NCBI GenBank assembly: GCA_951406725.2
Contig: OX597836.1
Coordinates: 47,926,001 to 47,990,000 of the forward strand
Reading direction: 5' to 3'
Length of the DNA stretch: 64,000 nt
Origin: Octopus vulgaris
Lineage: Eukaryota
The translations under genes were made by a program, and so were the position numbers. Shown piece after piece: positions 25,091 through 38,682 of this stretch (its first letter is position 1; each line of letters opens with the position of its first letter). The notes beneath the pieces were generated by a model. That model was given only the letters and a program-made list of their open reading frames with translations. It was not told the origin of the DNA and did not search any database.

Positions 25091-25549
25091 TAATGTTCCA
25101 ATGAAACAGAACCGTCACAACAAGCCATGCACTCACATGTAAATATTCAGTTTTACGTTTATTCATCAGCAACCAATATCTCTGTGAATTATTATGCATG
25201 TCTGAGTGGAATGTGTTGTGGGGGAGATCTATTGCCGGGTCGATCGAATCGTGACTTATAAAAAGTTAGCCTCACCAACTCGTTCAATTGCTCTTTCTTA
25301 ATGTAACTCTGGGATAAAATGAGGATTTGTAAATTCAATATTTTATTCAACAAAAATTAATTACCATCAGTGTAAATGTGGAGAAATGACGAAATTATAA
25401 GAAAATTAACTTTAGAAACATCTGAAATTATAAAAATTAGCGTCATTAACTTTCTCAGTTTCTCGTTCTTAATGCAATTATGAGATGAAATGAAAATTTA
25501 TAAATCTACAACTATATTTATAAAGGAAAATAAATTACAACGCAGTCAT

Positions 25550-25974
25550 TGTGGAGCCGTTCGGTGAGGGGAAATGTTTGAGAAGTGAAGAATTCAAAGT
25601 TAATTGCGTTCGGAGTTAATTGCTTTCAGGGGAGGTAACTAGTTGTGTCTTAGAATTAAACGTTGCCCTGAAAGGAGAAAAGTTGGTGTCGGGCGGCTGT
25701 GATGTTGCGGGTCAGGTTTAACCGGGGCCCACACCGATGACGATTAGAAAAACCTTCTCACTTACATAGATAAGCACTCGGCAGTTTATTGACTCACGAG
25801 TTTAACTTTCTAAAAGAGTTCTTCACTAATTTTAGCGTTGGAAACCCTTATAAAAGTTCTTTCTGCTGAAAATACAATTGGCGAATAGTTTTACTTATCT
25901 TTTTATACCTGTGTGTGTGGTCTGGAGTAATTCCGACACTCTGGCCAGATGGATTTAACTTCAACGACGACACA
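25550..25974 (+). other. Putative non-coding first exon of the claudin-like gene (5' end unknown)
   Basis: Unique CpG-containing sequence ending at a consensus donor ACA|GTAAGT (25975), followed by T-rich intron-like sequence. Linkage to the 38-kb exon is inferred. Confidence 0.4.
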
Positions 25975-27784
25975 GTAAGTAAAGATATCTCTTAGTAAAT
26001 GTGAAATGGTTTCTCTGTGGATGTATTTATATATTTTCATCACATCTTTCTATATCTAATGTGGATTTATTGATTTTTATTTGTTTATTCTCTCAGAACA
26101 TGTTATTTACATTTACAACATTCACGTATTTTTCTTGTTTGTTTTTCGCCACACTAAAGTTGGTTTTTACAGATTTTTTTTACTTCACTCGACGAAAACT
26201 AGTTTTACGTTAGATTTTAATTTCTTTTTCTCCAAAGTTGGGATATTTTCCAAAGATGTTTGTTTATTTTAACTTTACACGCTTTCGTTCTGTCGTTTGT
26301 CTATTAAGCCAGGCCTGTCAGTGCTTGAAGCCTGTCTATAGTTATTTCATCGAACACACACTCACAAATACACGAGTCGACGTGATCGCGCCAACCTACT
26401 AGAAATAGCAGCCAGGTTCTCCTCAAATCACACACGCACGGTTTTAAATGAGAAATTATATGTTAAATAGTGTGGTCCTCATGCGTATGTCTGGATGTTT
26501 GGGCACGGCTGTAATGCCTTTGGCCGTAGGTTTTCTCAATCAGGATTGTTCCGGGTCTCAATAACAACAACATCAACATACAGTATATCTCGTAGTAAAT
26601 TAAAATCTAACACTAGGTGCGTTAATGAATTTCTTGAATAGGTAAGAAGTTTCGAAAGCAGCAATAATCTTAGTGTTTTTTTTTGTTTTTATTCTTATTT
26701 TTAGAATAAATATATTAAGGACACCCGCAGAGCAGTTCTTGCTGGGAACTGAAATTTGGTCTGCGCAGTTTTTAATGTTTTTTCCATTTATGAAAAGATA
26801 AAGTTCACAGCATGTCGATTTTCAATTCCTAACCATTTCTCTTTATCTTCATGCTGTCGTGGAAGGTAACAAAGGCACAATTTTATTATTTTTTCTTAAA
26901 AATAATCTGTTATGTAAGGGTGGATGTAGATGGTGTTACTATTTGCAGAATGGATCCACCACTACACGTGTTACTCGCTCTGTAGTAACTGTGTTGGTAC
27001 TATTTTGTTTATTACTCGCCCAAGGCACATTTAAATTTACTTCATTATTTAATGTGACACAGTGAAGATTTTAAAAATGTGTTATTAACTATTTGGTCTG
27101 AATATGATAGAGGTCCGTTCAACTCCTGCTCACCCATTCTACTTTCAATCAAGAAGCTGTTGGTTTAATTTTATAAAGAATTTTAAGAGTAAATTAACAA
27201 TCTGTGATGCAAATACTTGGATTAATTATTTTTTTCTGTCTTCGTTCCTTTTTGAATGTCCTAGTCTTAACACAAAAGACATCGTGTACAAGCCTGGTGC
27301 ATAGAGTACGTACAGCTCGGCAGTCTGTGTGTTTACATAAGAAATGTGATGCTTTGTGCCAAATATACTGAGTGGCAAAGAAACAAAATTGGTGATCCGT
27401 TTACATGTACCAATATCTGGAGAAAATCACTTTGGCAGAGACGATCCTCACCCCCTAAGAATACCCTCGAGTCGAGTTGAACTCACCTTTCGAAGCTAAT
27501 GAAGCATTTATCAATTCCTATCAGACAGCATCTATTTATAATTAGATAAACGTAGATCCTATAAATGTTAAGGGTTGGTCTCAGATGTAATGCACTGTAC
27601 ATGTGCGCGCGCGAGCACACACATACGCGTATGTGTGAGTATATGTGTGTATAGATGCATGTTATATATGTATATACACATGTATATACACAAATGTACA
27701 TGTGTATGTGTGTATGTATATATGTGTGTGTGTTGTATATCCATGAGGATATATATATATCTGTAAAGACATGAATATTTGTGT

Positions 27785-28120
<336 letters not shown>

Positions 28121-29347
28121 TTACAAAGAAAAGGTTGACGGTAACTTCGAAGTTCTGGTGCTCTTACTGTCATCAGAATGTGATTGTGTGGTTGAGACGT
28201 TTTGCTTCCCAACCATGGGTTCAATCCCACTGCATGCCACCTTGGTTTAGGTTTTTCTACTACAGCCCTAGGCTACCTTGCCTTATAAGTGGTTTAGAAG
28301 ACAGAAACTGAAAGAAGCCGTGTGTGTGTTTGCATTTGCACTTCGTTGAAAATCCCTCAACCCATTGCTATCATTCCCTTGTCAATGAGTTCGTCTACTG
28401 GGCCTGCACTTTCAAAGATGTATGGAATAAGAGATCTCTTACTAGAAAAACCAGTCAGGGTTAGTGACTCGTCTAACCCGTGCTAGCATGGAAAAAGAGA
28501 CGTAAAAAGCAAATGAACAGACATTTTAAAAAAAGAAAAAAGAAAATTAAGCTGAAACAAGTATTTAAATGAACTTGATATAAACTTGTAACGGCAGATC
28601 GTGCATTGTCAGCCGAGGTTCAGGTCAAAGTTTGTTTACCGAATGTATCATGTTTTGTCAATAGTCAGTGTAGCATGCGTTCCAGATACGCATCTATATT
28701 ATAATATAAATATCATTATGACATGTCTTATATCTAACATGTTCAGTTACGGCGAAACACCCGTCCATATTTGGTCTTTTCATGAACCTTTGAACTCAAG
28801 ACCAGGCTTGTCCCTGAGTTTTCATGGCAATCTGCAGGACTAAGATTACAAAACCGTCCACCTCAATGGGCCGCCAGTCTGTTGTCGCACAGTCTTTTCG
28901 GCTACTTTTGGAACTCAAGGCTGAATAGGCGGGCGATGTGAAATGAAGTGTTTTACTTAACAACACAGTTCGCCGGTTGGTCCTGGAATTGAAACCACAA
29001 TCTTGCGATCATGAGTGTAACACCCTAAACACTACTCCATAAGCATTCACTGTTCCCATGGTTAATAAGAAGTGAGCTTCTATACATATTACTATTTTCG
29101 CCCACTAAATTATACATATTCTCAATACTCATATATCCATTTCAAACATCGCTCGTAGACATTGAAGCTGGTAGAATACATTATTGGAATGGCATATCCT
29201 TGTTTCATTTTTACAATGTGTGTGTGTGTGTGGTTTCATGTTTAATAAAGCAAACTTTTATTACATTCTTTTCTGAAAAATCTGTTCCCCATCAGATTTC
29301 CCTGATCAACGCTTCTTTCTGTGTACAATATATATTTATCTATAATA

Positions 29348-29410
<63 letters not shown>

Positions 29411-29413
<3 letters not shown>

Positions 29414-29650
29414 GGAGTAAACACATAAATGTGAAACAAGGTGGAAAAAAGAGTACTCAAATACCAGTGGTAGAGTAATATGCTTTATTTTAAGCAGCAG
29501 AAAATTCAACAAAATCTGTTACTCTGAGTTTCTCGTTGCCGTTCATCAGACAGTTTTTGCTAGAATCTAGCAAAAACTGTCTGATGAACGGCAACGAGAA
29601 ACTCAGAGTAACAGATTTTGTTGAATTTTCTGCTGCTTAAAATAAAGTAT
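29411..29650. mobile_element. PLE inverted terminal structure inserted in (TA)n; includes the perfect palindrome 29483-29647
   Basis: 82-bp arms (29483-29564 and 29566-29647) with a 1-nt loop, an extra tail of about 70 bp on one side only, and (TA)n on both flanks. Confidence 0.85.
29572..29620 (+). ncRNA. Minimal type I hammerhead motif (mirror copy on - at 29510-29558)
   Basis: aaaaCTGT CTGATGA acggcaacga GAAA CTCaGAG TA ACAGatttt. Core 29581-29587, GAAA 29598-29601, GUA site ending at 29610. Confidence 0.8.
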
Positions 29651-30569
29651 ATATATATATATATATATATATATAAGACTACCAAACTCTTTTGATTGGA
29701 TTTGGTGAAAATGAAAGTCCAATCATAATACATAATGTGCGTTAGTGTTTCTTTGACATTGTGTTATGGTTGTAAACGAGTATCACCACCAAACAAGTGG
29801 TGTCGTTTGTTTCCAATCTTCTGTGAAACCATGTTCAGCCGTGATGAAAGAATGGAAACGTGGGCGTTAAAACGGTTTCAATGACGACGTATAAAAAGTG
29901 AATCTGGATTTTGTTTAATGAATCATATTTTGTTGGTTGTTGTCTTATTATTAAAAAAAAAAATTTTTTTAAAGAAGAAATCAAACAAGCGTGGCTGTGT
30001 GATTAAAAAGCTTGCTTCTCAATCATGTGTCTTGGGTTCAGTCCCAGTGTGCACGTACCTTGGGCATGTCTCTTCCCTAAGCTCCTGGCTGACCAAAACC
30101 TTGATTGACGGAAACTGAAAGTTACCCATTGTATATATGGATGGATGCATGCACGTACGTACGTACAATGGGTAGCTTTCAGATGTACTTGGAAGGATCT
30201 TGAGTATTACCAGCAAAAAAGTGGTGTCGTTTGTTTCCAGCCATGAAAGAATGGAAAAAGGAAACTGAAAGAAACTCATCGTGTGTTTGTATGTTAGTAT
30301 GTGTGCGTGTGTGCACTTGGAAGCGTCTTGCTCAGGATCGTTCATTGTAGTGCTGTGTACCCTGGAGTTCAGGTTGCACGAAAAGCTAACTGAATCCTAA
30401 TTCTTCTATTATGTGCCTGCTTTGTAACCGCGGGTTTCATGATGAAGTAGGCTTAATAAACCTCCCCATGGCCAACAAAATGTAAAGCTGATAACCTGCT
30501 CATCTTCAGAGACACCAAGGGGTGGGCTAACCCAGTGATATATTTTTGTTTGTGTTTTCCCCACCCATC

Positions 30570-30932
30570 CACCGCTTGTCAACCGGTGTTGGTTTGTTTA
30601 CGTCTCCGTAACTTAGCGGTTCAGCAAAAGTGGCCGATAGAAATAGTAACAGGCTTTAAATAAAATAAGTACCAAAAGGGGCGATTTCTTCTGTTGAACT
30701 CTTCAAGCCGATGCTCCAGCATGGCCGCAGTCAATTGACTAAAACAAGTAAAGAAATATACCCATTTCTTTACTACCCACAAGGGGCTAAACACAGAGGG
30801 GACAAACAAGGACAGACAAACGGATTAAGTCGATTACATCGACCCCGGTGCATAACTGGTACTTATTTAATCGACCCCGAAAGGATGAAAGGCAAAGTGG
30901 AGCTCGGCGGAATTTGAACTCAGAACGTAAAG
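30570..30932. mobile_element. SINE A tail (+, 30570-30755) tail-to-tail with SINE B (-, 30765-30932)
   Basis: Family-diagnostic cores in opposite orientations. Confidence 0.8.
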
Positions 30933-31586
30933 AAATATACCATTAAATCGTTAGTCTCAGGCTTGTCTTTGAGTTCTTTTATTCCAAATGACCGAACGTA
31001 GCTTCTTTCAACTCTGCAATAAAAAATTTACTAAATCTCTATATTTAACCCTTTTAGAAGAAACAATGAATTCACTATATAAATATTTTTAAAAGATAAT
31101 ATTGCCTGCTTCCCTGAACATCTTTTCTTTATCAATAAATTTATTCGTCCATATTTTCATTCACAAAATTACAGATATTATAAAATTAAATGTCTTTTAT
31201 TTTTTCTTTGGCTCATATTTATGTATCTGTGTGTTCGATTGAGCGTGCTTTTAACTGATGTGTGTGTGCCGTAAATGCCTGGGCCTTGTTTTATGGCTGC
31301 CTGTGAGTAGCCCTTATTTTCTCTCAATTTCTCTCCTCCCATTCACCCCTCTTTTTCTGTCTTCTCTTTGTTGTTTGCTCTCTTTCCACTCTCTCCCTTC
31401 CCTCTTATATTTTACTGAGAAAATACGCACACACACACACACACACAACTAGGGTTATGATAGTATTTGTAAATTAGTTATTACAAACAGGATGGACAGA
31501 ACTCAAATCGAGTTTTTATTTTTCTTCGACAATAGTTACAAATTGACTCCAGGGCCGGGACTTTTGTGCATGGCGTTTATGTATGA

Positions 31587-31618
<32 letters not shown>

Positions 31619-32247
31619 ACGCGCGTGCACACACAAACAAAGGCTTCTTTCAGTTTCTAGCTGCCAAATCTACTCACAAGGTTTTGGTTGGCTCAGCGCT
31701 GTAGTAGAATACGCCAAGCCAAGATGCCATGCAGTGGAATTGAACTAAAAACCTTGTGGTTGGGAAGCAAACATCTTAACCGTACCATGTGCCATTATGG
31801 AAAAGATCCGAGGTTTTTTCCCTCATCTTCACACGTTTTCGTTGGCTGTAAACAACAGTAAACGTTTACTATTACACCTGTCTCACACCTGTCTCACACA
31901 ACGGCTGTAATGGTTAGAATGTACATAAACAACAGCCTTGTTGCCAGCACAGACTGTCCTTTACTTGCAGTCTGTCACAAATGTATGTCTGGGCTCTTTG
32001 ATGTGTTGATGTATATTGCATGATGTTTGTAAGGAAATGGCTCGATTCTTTGATTCCCCCTTTTCTGTATTAATTATGCCTTCAGTTGTTTGTTGTTTAT
32101 AAACCAGAGAATCATTATTTTGCTTCAAAATAGGTGAGAGTTAGCAAGAGGAAGGGTGTCTGGCCATAGAAAATATGTCTCAATAAACTCTGGCCATCCC
32201 ATGCAAGCAGGGAAATGTGGATGTTAAAATGGTGATTTTATATATAT

Positions 32248-32370
32248 ACTTTATTTAAAAGCAGCAGAAATTCAACAAAACCTGTTACTCGGAGTTTCAC
32301 ATTCCCGTTCGTCGAACAGTTTTGTTAAAATTGAACCGATATGACAATTCTATCAAGACTAGTATAAACG
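32248..32370 (-). mobile_element. PLE terminal fragment, same family as 29483 and 44704; hammerhead core mutated (TCGACGA)
   Basis: actttatttaaaagcagcagaaattcaacaaaacctgttactcggagtttcac, adjoining (TA)n. Confidence 0.8.
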
Positions 32371-32385
32371 TTACACCTTTAAATA

Positions 32386-32855
<470 letters not shown>

Positions 32856-32859
32856 TTAT

Positions 32860-32896
<37 letters not shown>

Positions 32897-33099
32897 TAGA
32901 TAGATAGATAGTTGGTTAGAGGGATAGATGGATGGTTAGATAGATAGGTAAGTAAATAGATAGATGGATAGAGAGATAGATAGATGGTTAGATGTTTATA
33001 TTTAAACATATTAATTAGTGGGTGAAACAGACAGGACCACAACTGTCTCATTAGGGAAAATGGCTTTGCTCAGTGTGTAGAAAAGGGATAGGTATAAAC

Positions 33100-33790
33100 T
33101 GCAAGTACTGTGCCCATCTGTGAACGTGGCATCTCAGACTAACAGTGAAGGGAGTCAGCTTTGTATGCAACATATGCACCAGGGCAATACATGCTATGCC
33201 TTGTCTAGAAATAGATTCGCTTTAAAGGCCAGTCAATGCCTTCTGTTACCTAGGAGACATAATTAGGAGGGGAGGTGGTTATTTAAGAGAGTATGGCATC
33301 CAGAGTAAGAATGGGTTGGTAAAAGTTGGGGGAGGTATTACCACTGCTGGCAACGAGGGTCTTTCCTCCTTCAGAGTGAAGGACAGATTGTACGATGTTT
33401 GTTTTAGGACCGTGCTGCTGCTGCTGCATGGCTGTGAGATGTGGACCTTGAATGCCAAAGACTTGTGAAGACCACAAAGCAATGAGACCAGTATGCTCCG
33501 ATGGTCGTTTGATGTCAGTGGCGGGCATGAAGTACAGAGTAGAGATGAGATGAGAGAAAAACTGGGTATAAAAGGAATTTAAATGTAGTGTACAAGGGGA
33601 GAAGGTGGCACGAGTAAAGGGGGGGGTGTAATGCATATGGAGGCTGACAGTTACAAAAGGAGAGGCTGGGCTCTTGAAGACTGTGGAACAGGGGGACCGA
33701 GGAAGACTTGGGAGACTGATCTGAAGGGGCTGCATCTCAGGGAGGAGATGACAAAGGACTGTACTGGACCCAAGAAGACAAAATGTACCC
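33100..33790 (+). mobile_element. RTE-like LINE 3' fragment (post-RT region), decayed
   Basis: SRVRMGW*K...LPLLATR.../FRVKDRLYDVCFRTVLL...HGCEMWTL...NETSMLRW. Confidence 0.75.
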
Positions 33791-33814
33791 TGACAAAAGA
33801 GTAAGGTTTTTAGA

Positions 33815-34131
33815 AGGCTTAGTGGTTAGGGTGTTCGGCTCATGATCGTAAGGTTGTGAGTTCAATTCCCGGCGACGCATTATGTCCTTGAGCAAGACAC
33901 TTTATTTCACGTTGCTCCAGTCCACTCAGCTGGCAAAAAGGAGTCGTACCTGTAATACAAATGGGGCCAGCCTTGTCACATTCCGTGTCACACTGAATCT
34001 CCCTGGGAATGATGTTAAGGGTACACGTGTCTGTGGAGTACTCAGCCACTTGCACGTTAATTTCACAAGAGCAGGTTGTTCTGTTAATCGGATCAACTGG
34101 GATCCTTGTCATCTTAACCAATGGAGTGCCA
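33815..34131 (+). mobile_element. SINE family C (CORE-like plus Nin/Deu-like domain)
   Basis: tRNA head; gggccagccttgtcaca...ttaagggtacacgtgtctgtggagtactcagccacttgcacgttaatttcac is shared with 34687-35070. Domain names are from recall. Confidence 0.8.
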
Positions 34132-34137
34132 GTACAT

Positions 34138-34185
<48 letters not shown>

Positions 34186-34645
34186 CATACATAAAATAAA
34201 TTAATAAATAAAACATATGCATATATACATACATATATGTACATACCTACCTCTACATGCATATATGGGTACAGGACACCAAAAAAAAAACGTTGAACAC
34301 AATGAGAAACGAAAACATAAACACAAACCCAAGGAACTGGACATTTTTCTTAAACAACAAAAAAATAGAGTACAGGACAAATAACACAGGGAAAATTCCC
34401 CTTCTTCAGTCGCCATGGTTTCATCTACTCTGCATTTCGAAGGTGAAGGCGATACGCATCTTCGATAGAAACTTTCCTTCCCGCGAAAAGCAAATTAAAT
34501 AAAATTTGAGATCTTTTTACAGAGGGGTAAAAATGGTAACAAAAACAGGACAGTAAAGACAGTACAAAATATAAACAGTAAAAGACAGGACAAGGAGAAT
34601 AATAAGACATATATATATATACATACACATATATGTATATGTATG

Positions 34646-34686
<41 letters not shown>

Positions 34687-34688
<2 letters not shown>

Positions 34689-35070
34689 AAGCACTCCGTC
34701 GGTTATGACGATGTGGGTTCCAGTTGATCCGAATCAACGGAACAGCCTGCTCGTGAAATTAACGTGTAAGTGGCTGAGCACTCCACAGACACGTGCACCC
34801 TTAACGTAGTTCTCGGGGATATTCAGCGTGACACAGAGAGTGACAAGGCCGGCCCTTTGAAATACAGGTACAACAGAAACAGGAAGTAAGAGTGAGAGAA
34901 AGTTGTGGCGAAAGAGTACAGCAGGGATCACCACCATCCCCTGCCGGAGCCTCGTGGAGCTTTTAGGTGTTTTCGCTCAATAAACACTCACAACGCCTGG
35001 TCTGGGAATTGAAACCGCGATCCTATGACCGCGAGTCCGCTGCCCTAACCACTGGGCCATTGCGCCTCCA
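34687..35070 (-). mobile_element. SINE family C variant, full length, within (TA)n
   Basis: Minus strand tggaggcgcaatggcccagtggttagggcagcggactc...ggtttcaattccc head and the shared 3' domain. Confidence 0.85.
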
Positions 35071-35139
35071 TATATATACACACACACACACATATGTATA
35101 TTTGTATATGTATATATATATAATACATATATGTATATA

Positions 35140-35184
<45 letters not shown>

Positions 35185-35369
35185 GTATGTATATATAGAG
35201 AGAGAGACAGAGATACTAAAAACCATCCAACCGATGCCAGCATGGAAGACAGTCATTTATTTACAATGATGATGATCATGATGGGTGGGTGTGTTTTACA
35301 TGTAGAAGTGGCCTTACGCTTGTACATGTAGAACATGTACACATTTCGGTGCTTGTAAATATATTCTTT

Positions 35370-35812
35370 TTTATTCTTTTATTTGTTTCAGTCATTTGAC
35401 TGTGGCCATACTGGAGCACCACCTTTAGTCAAACAAATCGACCCCAGGACTTATTCTTTGTAAGCCCAGTACTTATTTTATCGGTCTCTTTTGCCGAACT
35501 CCTGAGTTACGGGGATGTAAACACACCACCATCAGTTGTTAGGTGATGGTGGAGGAACAAGCACAGACACACAAACATATACACACCCACACACACATAT
35601 ATACATACATACATACATATATATATATATAAACACACACACAAACACAATGGGCTTCTTTCAGTTTCCGTCTACCAAATCCACTCGCAAAGCTTTGGTT
35701 GGCCCGAGGCTATAGTAGAAGACACTTGCCCAAGGTGCCACTCTGTGTGACTGAACCTGGAACCATGTGCTTGGTAAGCAAGCTACTTACCACACAGCCA
35801 CTCCTGCACCTA
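35370..35812 (-). mobile_element. SINE family A
   Basis: Head and tail match the other copies. Confidence 0.88.
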
Positions 35813-36154
35813 TATATATATATATATATATATGTATTGGGGTGACTGCATATATATATTCTCTCTCATATACTTACAACTTTTATCTTGTCATTTTTTG
35901 TTGTTATTTTCATTTTGTTACTTACATTTGTGTGTGTGTGTGTGTATTTGTGTGGTTTTGTTATCTAAAAACAACTGGAAAATGGATTAACCCAAATAAT
36001 GTAAAACAAACAAACCATAATTGTTGAGAAATTTCATAATTTGTTATCATTTTACGCTTGTTTTCCAAACTGACATGGAGTGGATGTGCCATCACAGCCT
36101 GTACCATCTTGTACACAGATGCACTGGCAGAGAAAACTGGCCATCTTTTGTGTT

Positions 36155-36561
36155 ATACTCTTTTACTCTTTTACTTGTTTCAGTTATTTGACTGCGGCCA
36201 TGCTGGAGCACCGCCTTTAGTCGAGCAAATCGACCCCGGGACTTATTCTTTGTAAGCCCAGTACTTATTCTATTGGTCTCTTTTGCCAAACCGCTAAGTG
36301 ACGGGGACATAAGCACACCAGCATCGGTTGTCAATCAATGCTAGGGGGACAAACACAGACACACACACATACATACATATATATACATATATATACATAT
36401 ATACGACAGGCTTCTTTCAGTTTCCGTCTACCAAATCCACTCACAAGGCATTGGTCGGCCTGAGGCTATAGCAGAAGACACTTGCCCAAGATGCCACGCA
36501 GTGGGACTGAACCCAGAATCATGTGGTTGGTAGGCAAGCTACTTACCACACAGCCACTCCT
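36155..36561 (-). mobile_element. SINE family A, young full-length copy
   Basis: Closely matches 39525-39934 (opposite strand) and 42145-42551. Confidence 0.9.
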
Positions 36562-36699
36562 ATGTCTTATGATGTAGATTGTGTGTTTTTTTTATCATGT
36601 GGCCACCACTAGTGAGGTTCTTCCATGAGTAAGACTAAAGAGTCCTTTCTACCCTCAATGGCTCTCCTCAACAGCTCACCGTGTGATGCAGCTTGGAGA

Positions 36700-37380
36700 G
36701 TCCTCCAGAATGGGTTTTCTGTCTTCCAATATGGCGTATTTCCTCTGGTTGGATATTCTTTCTATCATTAATCACTTTGCAGAGTTGCACTGAGTCTGTT
36801 TCGTAATGCCACACGTACTTTAGAGAGACTTGTATTCTGTCCAGACTCTGTATTAATACTCATCCTCGTAACTCTATACTCTTGTCATTTTATGTAGACC
36901 TCCTCTTCTCTTAAACTCTTCATTGTCTTGTTTTCTGTGAAATGAATACATTTACAAATCCTGTTTACTCTACCACCGTTTCTAAATACCTCAGCTGAAG
37001 AAGTTGTAGCAATTCTAATTAGGTCTTTTTTCTTCTTTTTTCTTTTCTGTTGCTTCTTTTATTTCTCAACCTTGCATCTTGCTACTCTCTCAACACTTTT
37101 ATCGTCACATTGGTGTCTATCCAACTCCAGCTTTGCTTTTTACACAGCCCCAGTCTGAATATTACACTAGATTGTCATTCTAATGTAGCTGTCTTTTATT
37201 ATTGTCTGTAATCCTAATAATTCTGACCATGTCGATTGGATAAAGCATTCACTTGTAAATCATCCAACTTCCTTCCTATACAATGTTTACTGTCCATAGC
37301 CCACCGTCTTACAAACTGATAGTGAAGCGCATCATCTGCCAAGAATAGCTTCCACCTTACAAAGCATCCATTTATCATGT
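36700..37380 (-). mobile_element. Decayed LINE RT fragment
   Basis: Minus-strand KLFLADDAL...LQVN resembles the RT YADD region. Heavily degenerate. Confidence 0.4.
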
Positions 37381-38149
37381 TTCCTGTTTTAAGATAAATC
37401 GTTTTTTGTGGTGTGAATTCTTTGTGACTTTGTAGTACCTTCATGCATTGTTGGAAAATGGAAAAAGCTGTAATGATTGAAGCAAAAGTGTCTGATATGT
37501 TGAATGTGTTAAGTCTGTGAGAACGAACTTGAATAAGAGCTAATTAAGGTGGTAATAACCATTAGATATTGTTTCTAAGAGAAACAGTCTTTCATTCTTT
37601 TAAATAACAGTTGAATTACTTTGCTGTCCTCAATATTAAATGCATTCAGTTGTTCTCTATAAAACTGATTTATTTAATTTTTGGTTCTTTTTCTTTTACA
37701 GATGTTCCTGGTGATCCACAGCCTGAAGGATTGTCCTTATTCCGAAGGACAGTTCCCTTAACCCATTTCTCTTTGGCGCTGAACACTTATATCATGGGAA
37801 TTATATTTTAACAAACAAAATTTTATATCACGTGCAACAATGTCATTTCCTTAACTGGGTTAATTTCAAGTTTCTTTTTTTTTTTTAACCAATAAATTAA
37901 GTCCAGCACTAACGACTGATGTCACAGGAAGTTTATACTTCTGAATGCTAAATTGAGATAACCACTCAATTACATATTTATTTACTAATTGACACGAAAT
38001 CCCTAATCACCAATGCAAACATTGTTTAAAACAATATTATCTTAACCCTGAACAATCACGAGGATTATCTACATTATTCAAAACGAAATCAGTAGACAAC
38101 AACATTCCAGTTTGTTCTTCTCAAGTTGTTTTTGTATGAAACATTCACA

Positions 38150-38354
38150 ATGATCCTGTCCGTTGTTATGTGTGCCATAACGACGGTTGTGGCCACTGGT
38201 TTCCAAGTGGCTGGAATGTGTATTCCCATGTGGTGGACCTATGATATTTACGATCGACATTATTATTGTGGACTTTTCAAAATTCCTTGGAAAACTTGCC
38301 ATGAAGGCCGTTGTACAGTGATTGCAACTGATGGTGAAATGATAAATAGACAAG
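38150..38354 (+). CDS. First coding exon of a PMP22/EMP/claudin-superfamily membrane protein (partial)
   Basis: ATG at 38150 (acaATGa; in-frame upstream TAG at 38093): MILSVVMCAITTVVATGFQVAGMCIPMWWTYDIYDRHYYCGLFKIPWKTCHEGRCTVIATDGEMINRQ. N-terminal TM helix followed by W...GL(F)..W..C..C, resembling the claudin first-loop signature. Strong phase-1 donor AAG|GTGAGT at 38355. Candidate acceptor ttctttttcttttacAG at 37700-37701. Confidence 0.65.
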
Positions 38355-38466
38355 GTGAGTGTTTCTCTTGATAACTTTTATTCTGTAATTCTCTCTCAAC
38401 ATCATCACAGTGTAATGTCAGCTTTTACCGTCCAATGCATTATTATCTATTTTTAGATAATAATGA

Positions 38467-38682
38467 TACAAGAGGGTGCTGAAAAGTTTGGCTAAAAGAA
38501 AATAGAGGAGGATCGGTCAATTATGATTTTATCCAACATATTCCCCTCTCAGATTCACACACTTATTGCAGCGGTCCTTCAGTTTTTCTAAGCCCTGTAA
38601 AAGAACTCGGAAGTTTGGGCCTCCAACCAAGCCTTTCACGACACCCTTAAAGCCAGGAACTTTTCAGCCCCACCCCCTCATA
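38467..38682. mobile_element. Mariner-derived MITE
   Basis: TA-flanked imperfect TIRs tacaagagggtgctgaaaagtttggct and agccaggaacttttcagccccaccccctcata. Confidence 0.75.

Noticed and set aside
34260-34610. Possible hammerhead in PLE-like termini (also about 45300-45630)
   Set aside because: CTGAAGA/CGAAGA pieces are present, but I could not assemble a core plus GAAA plus stems.
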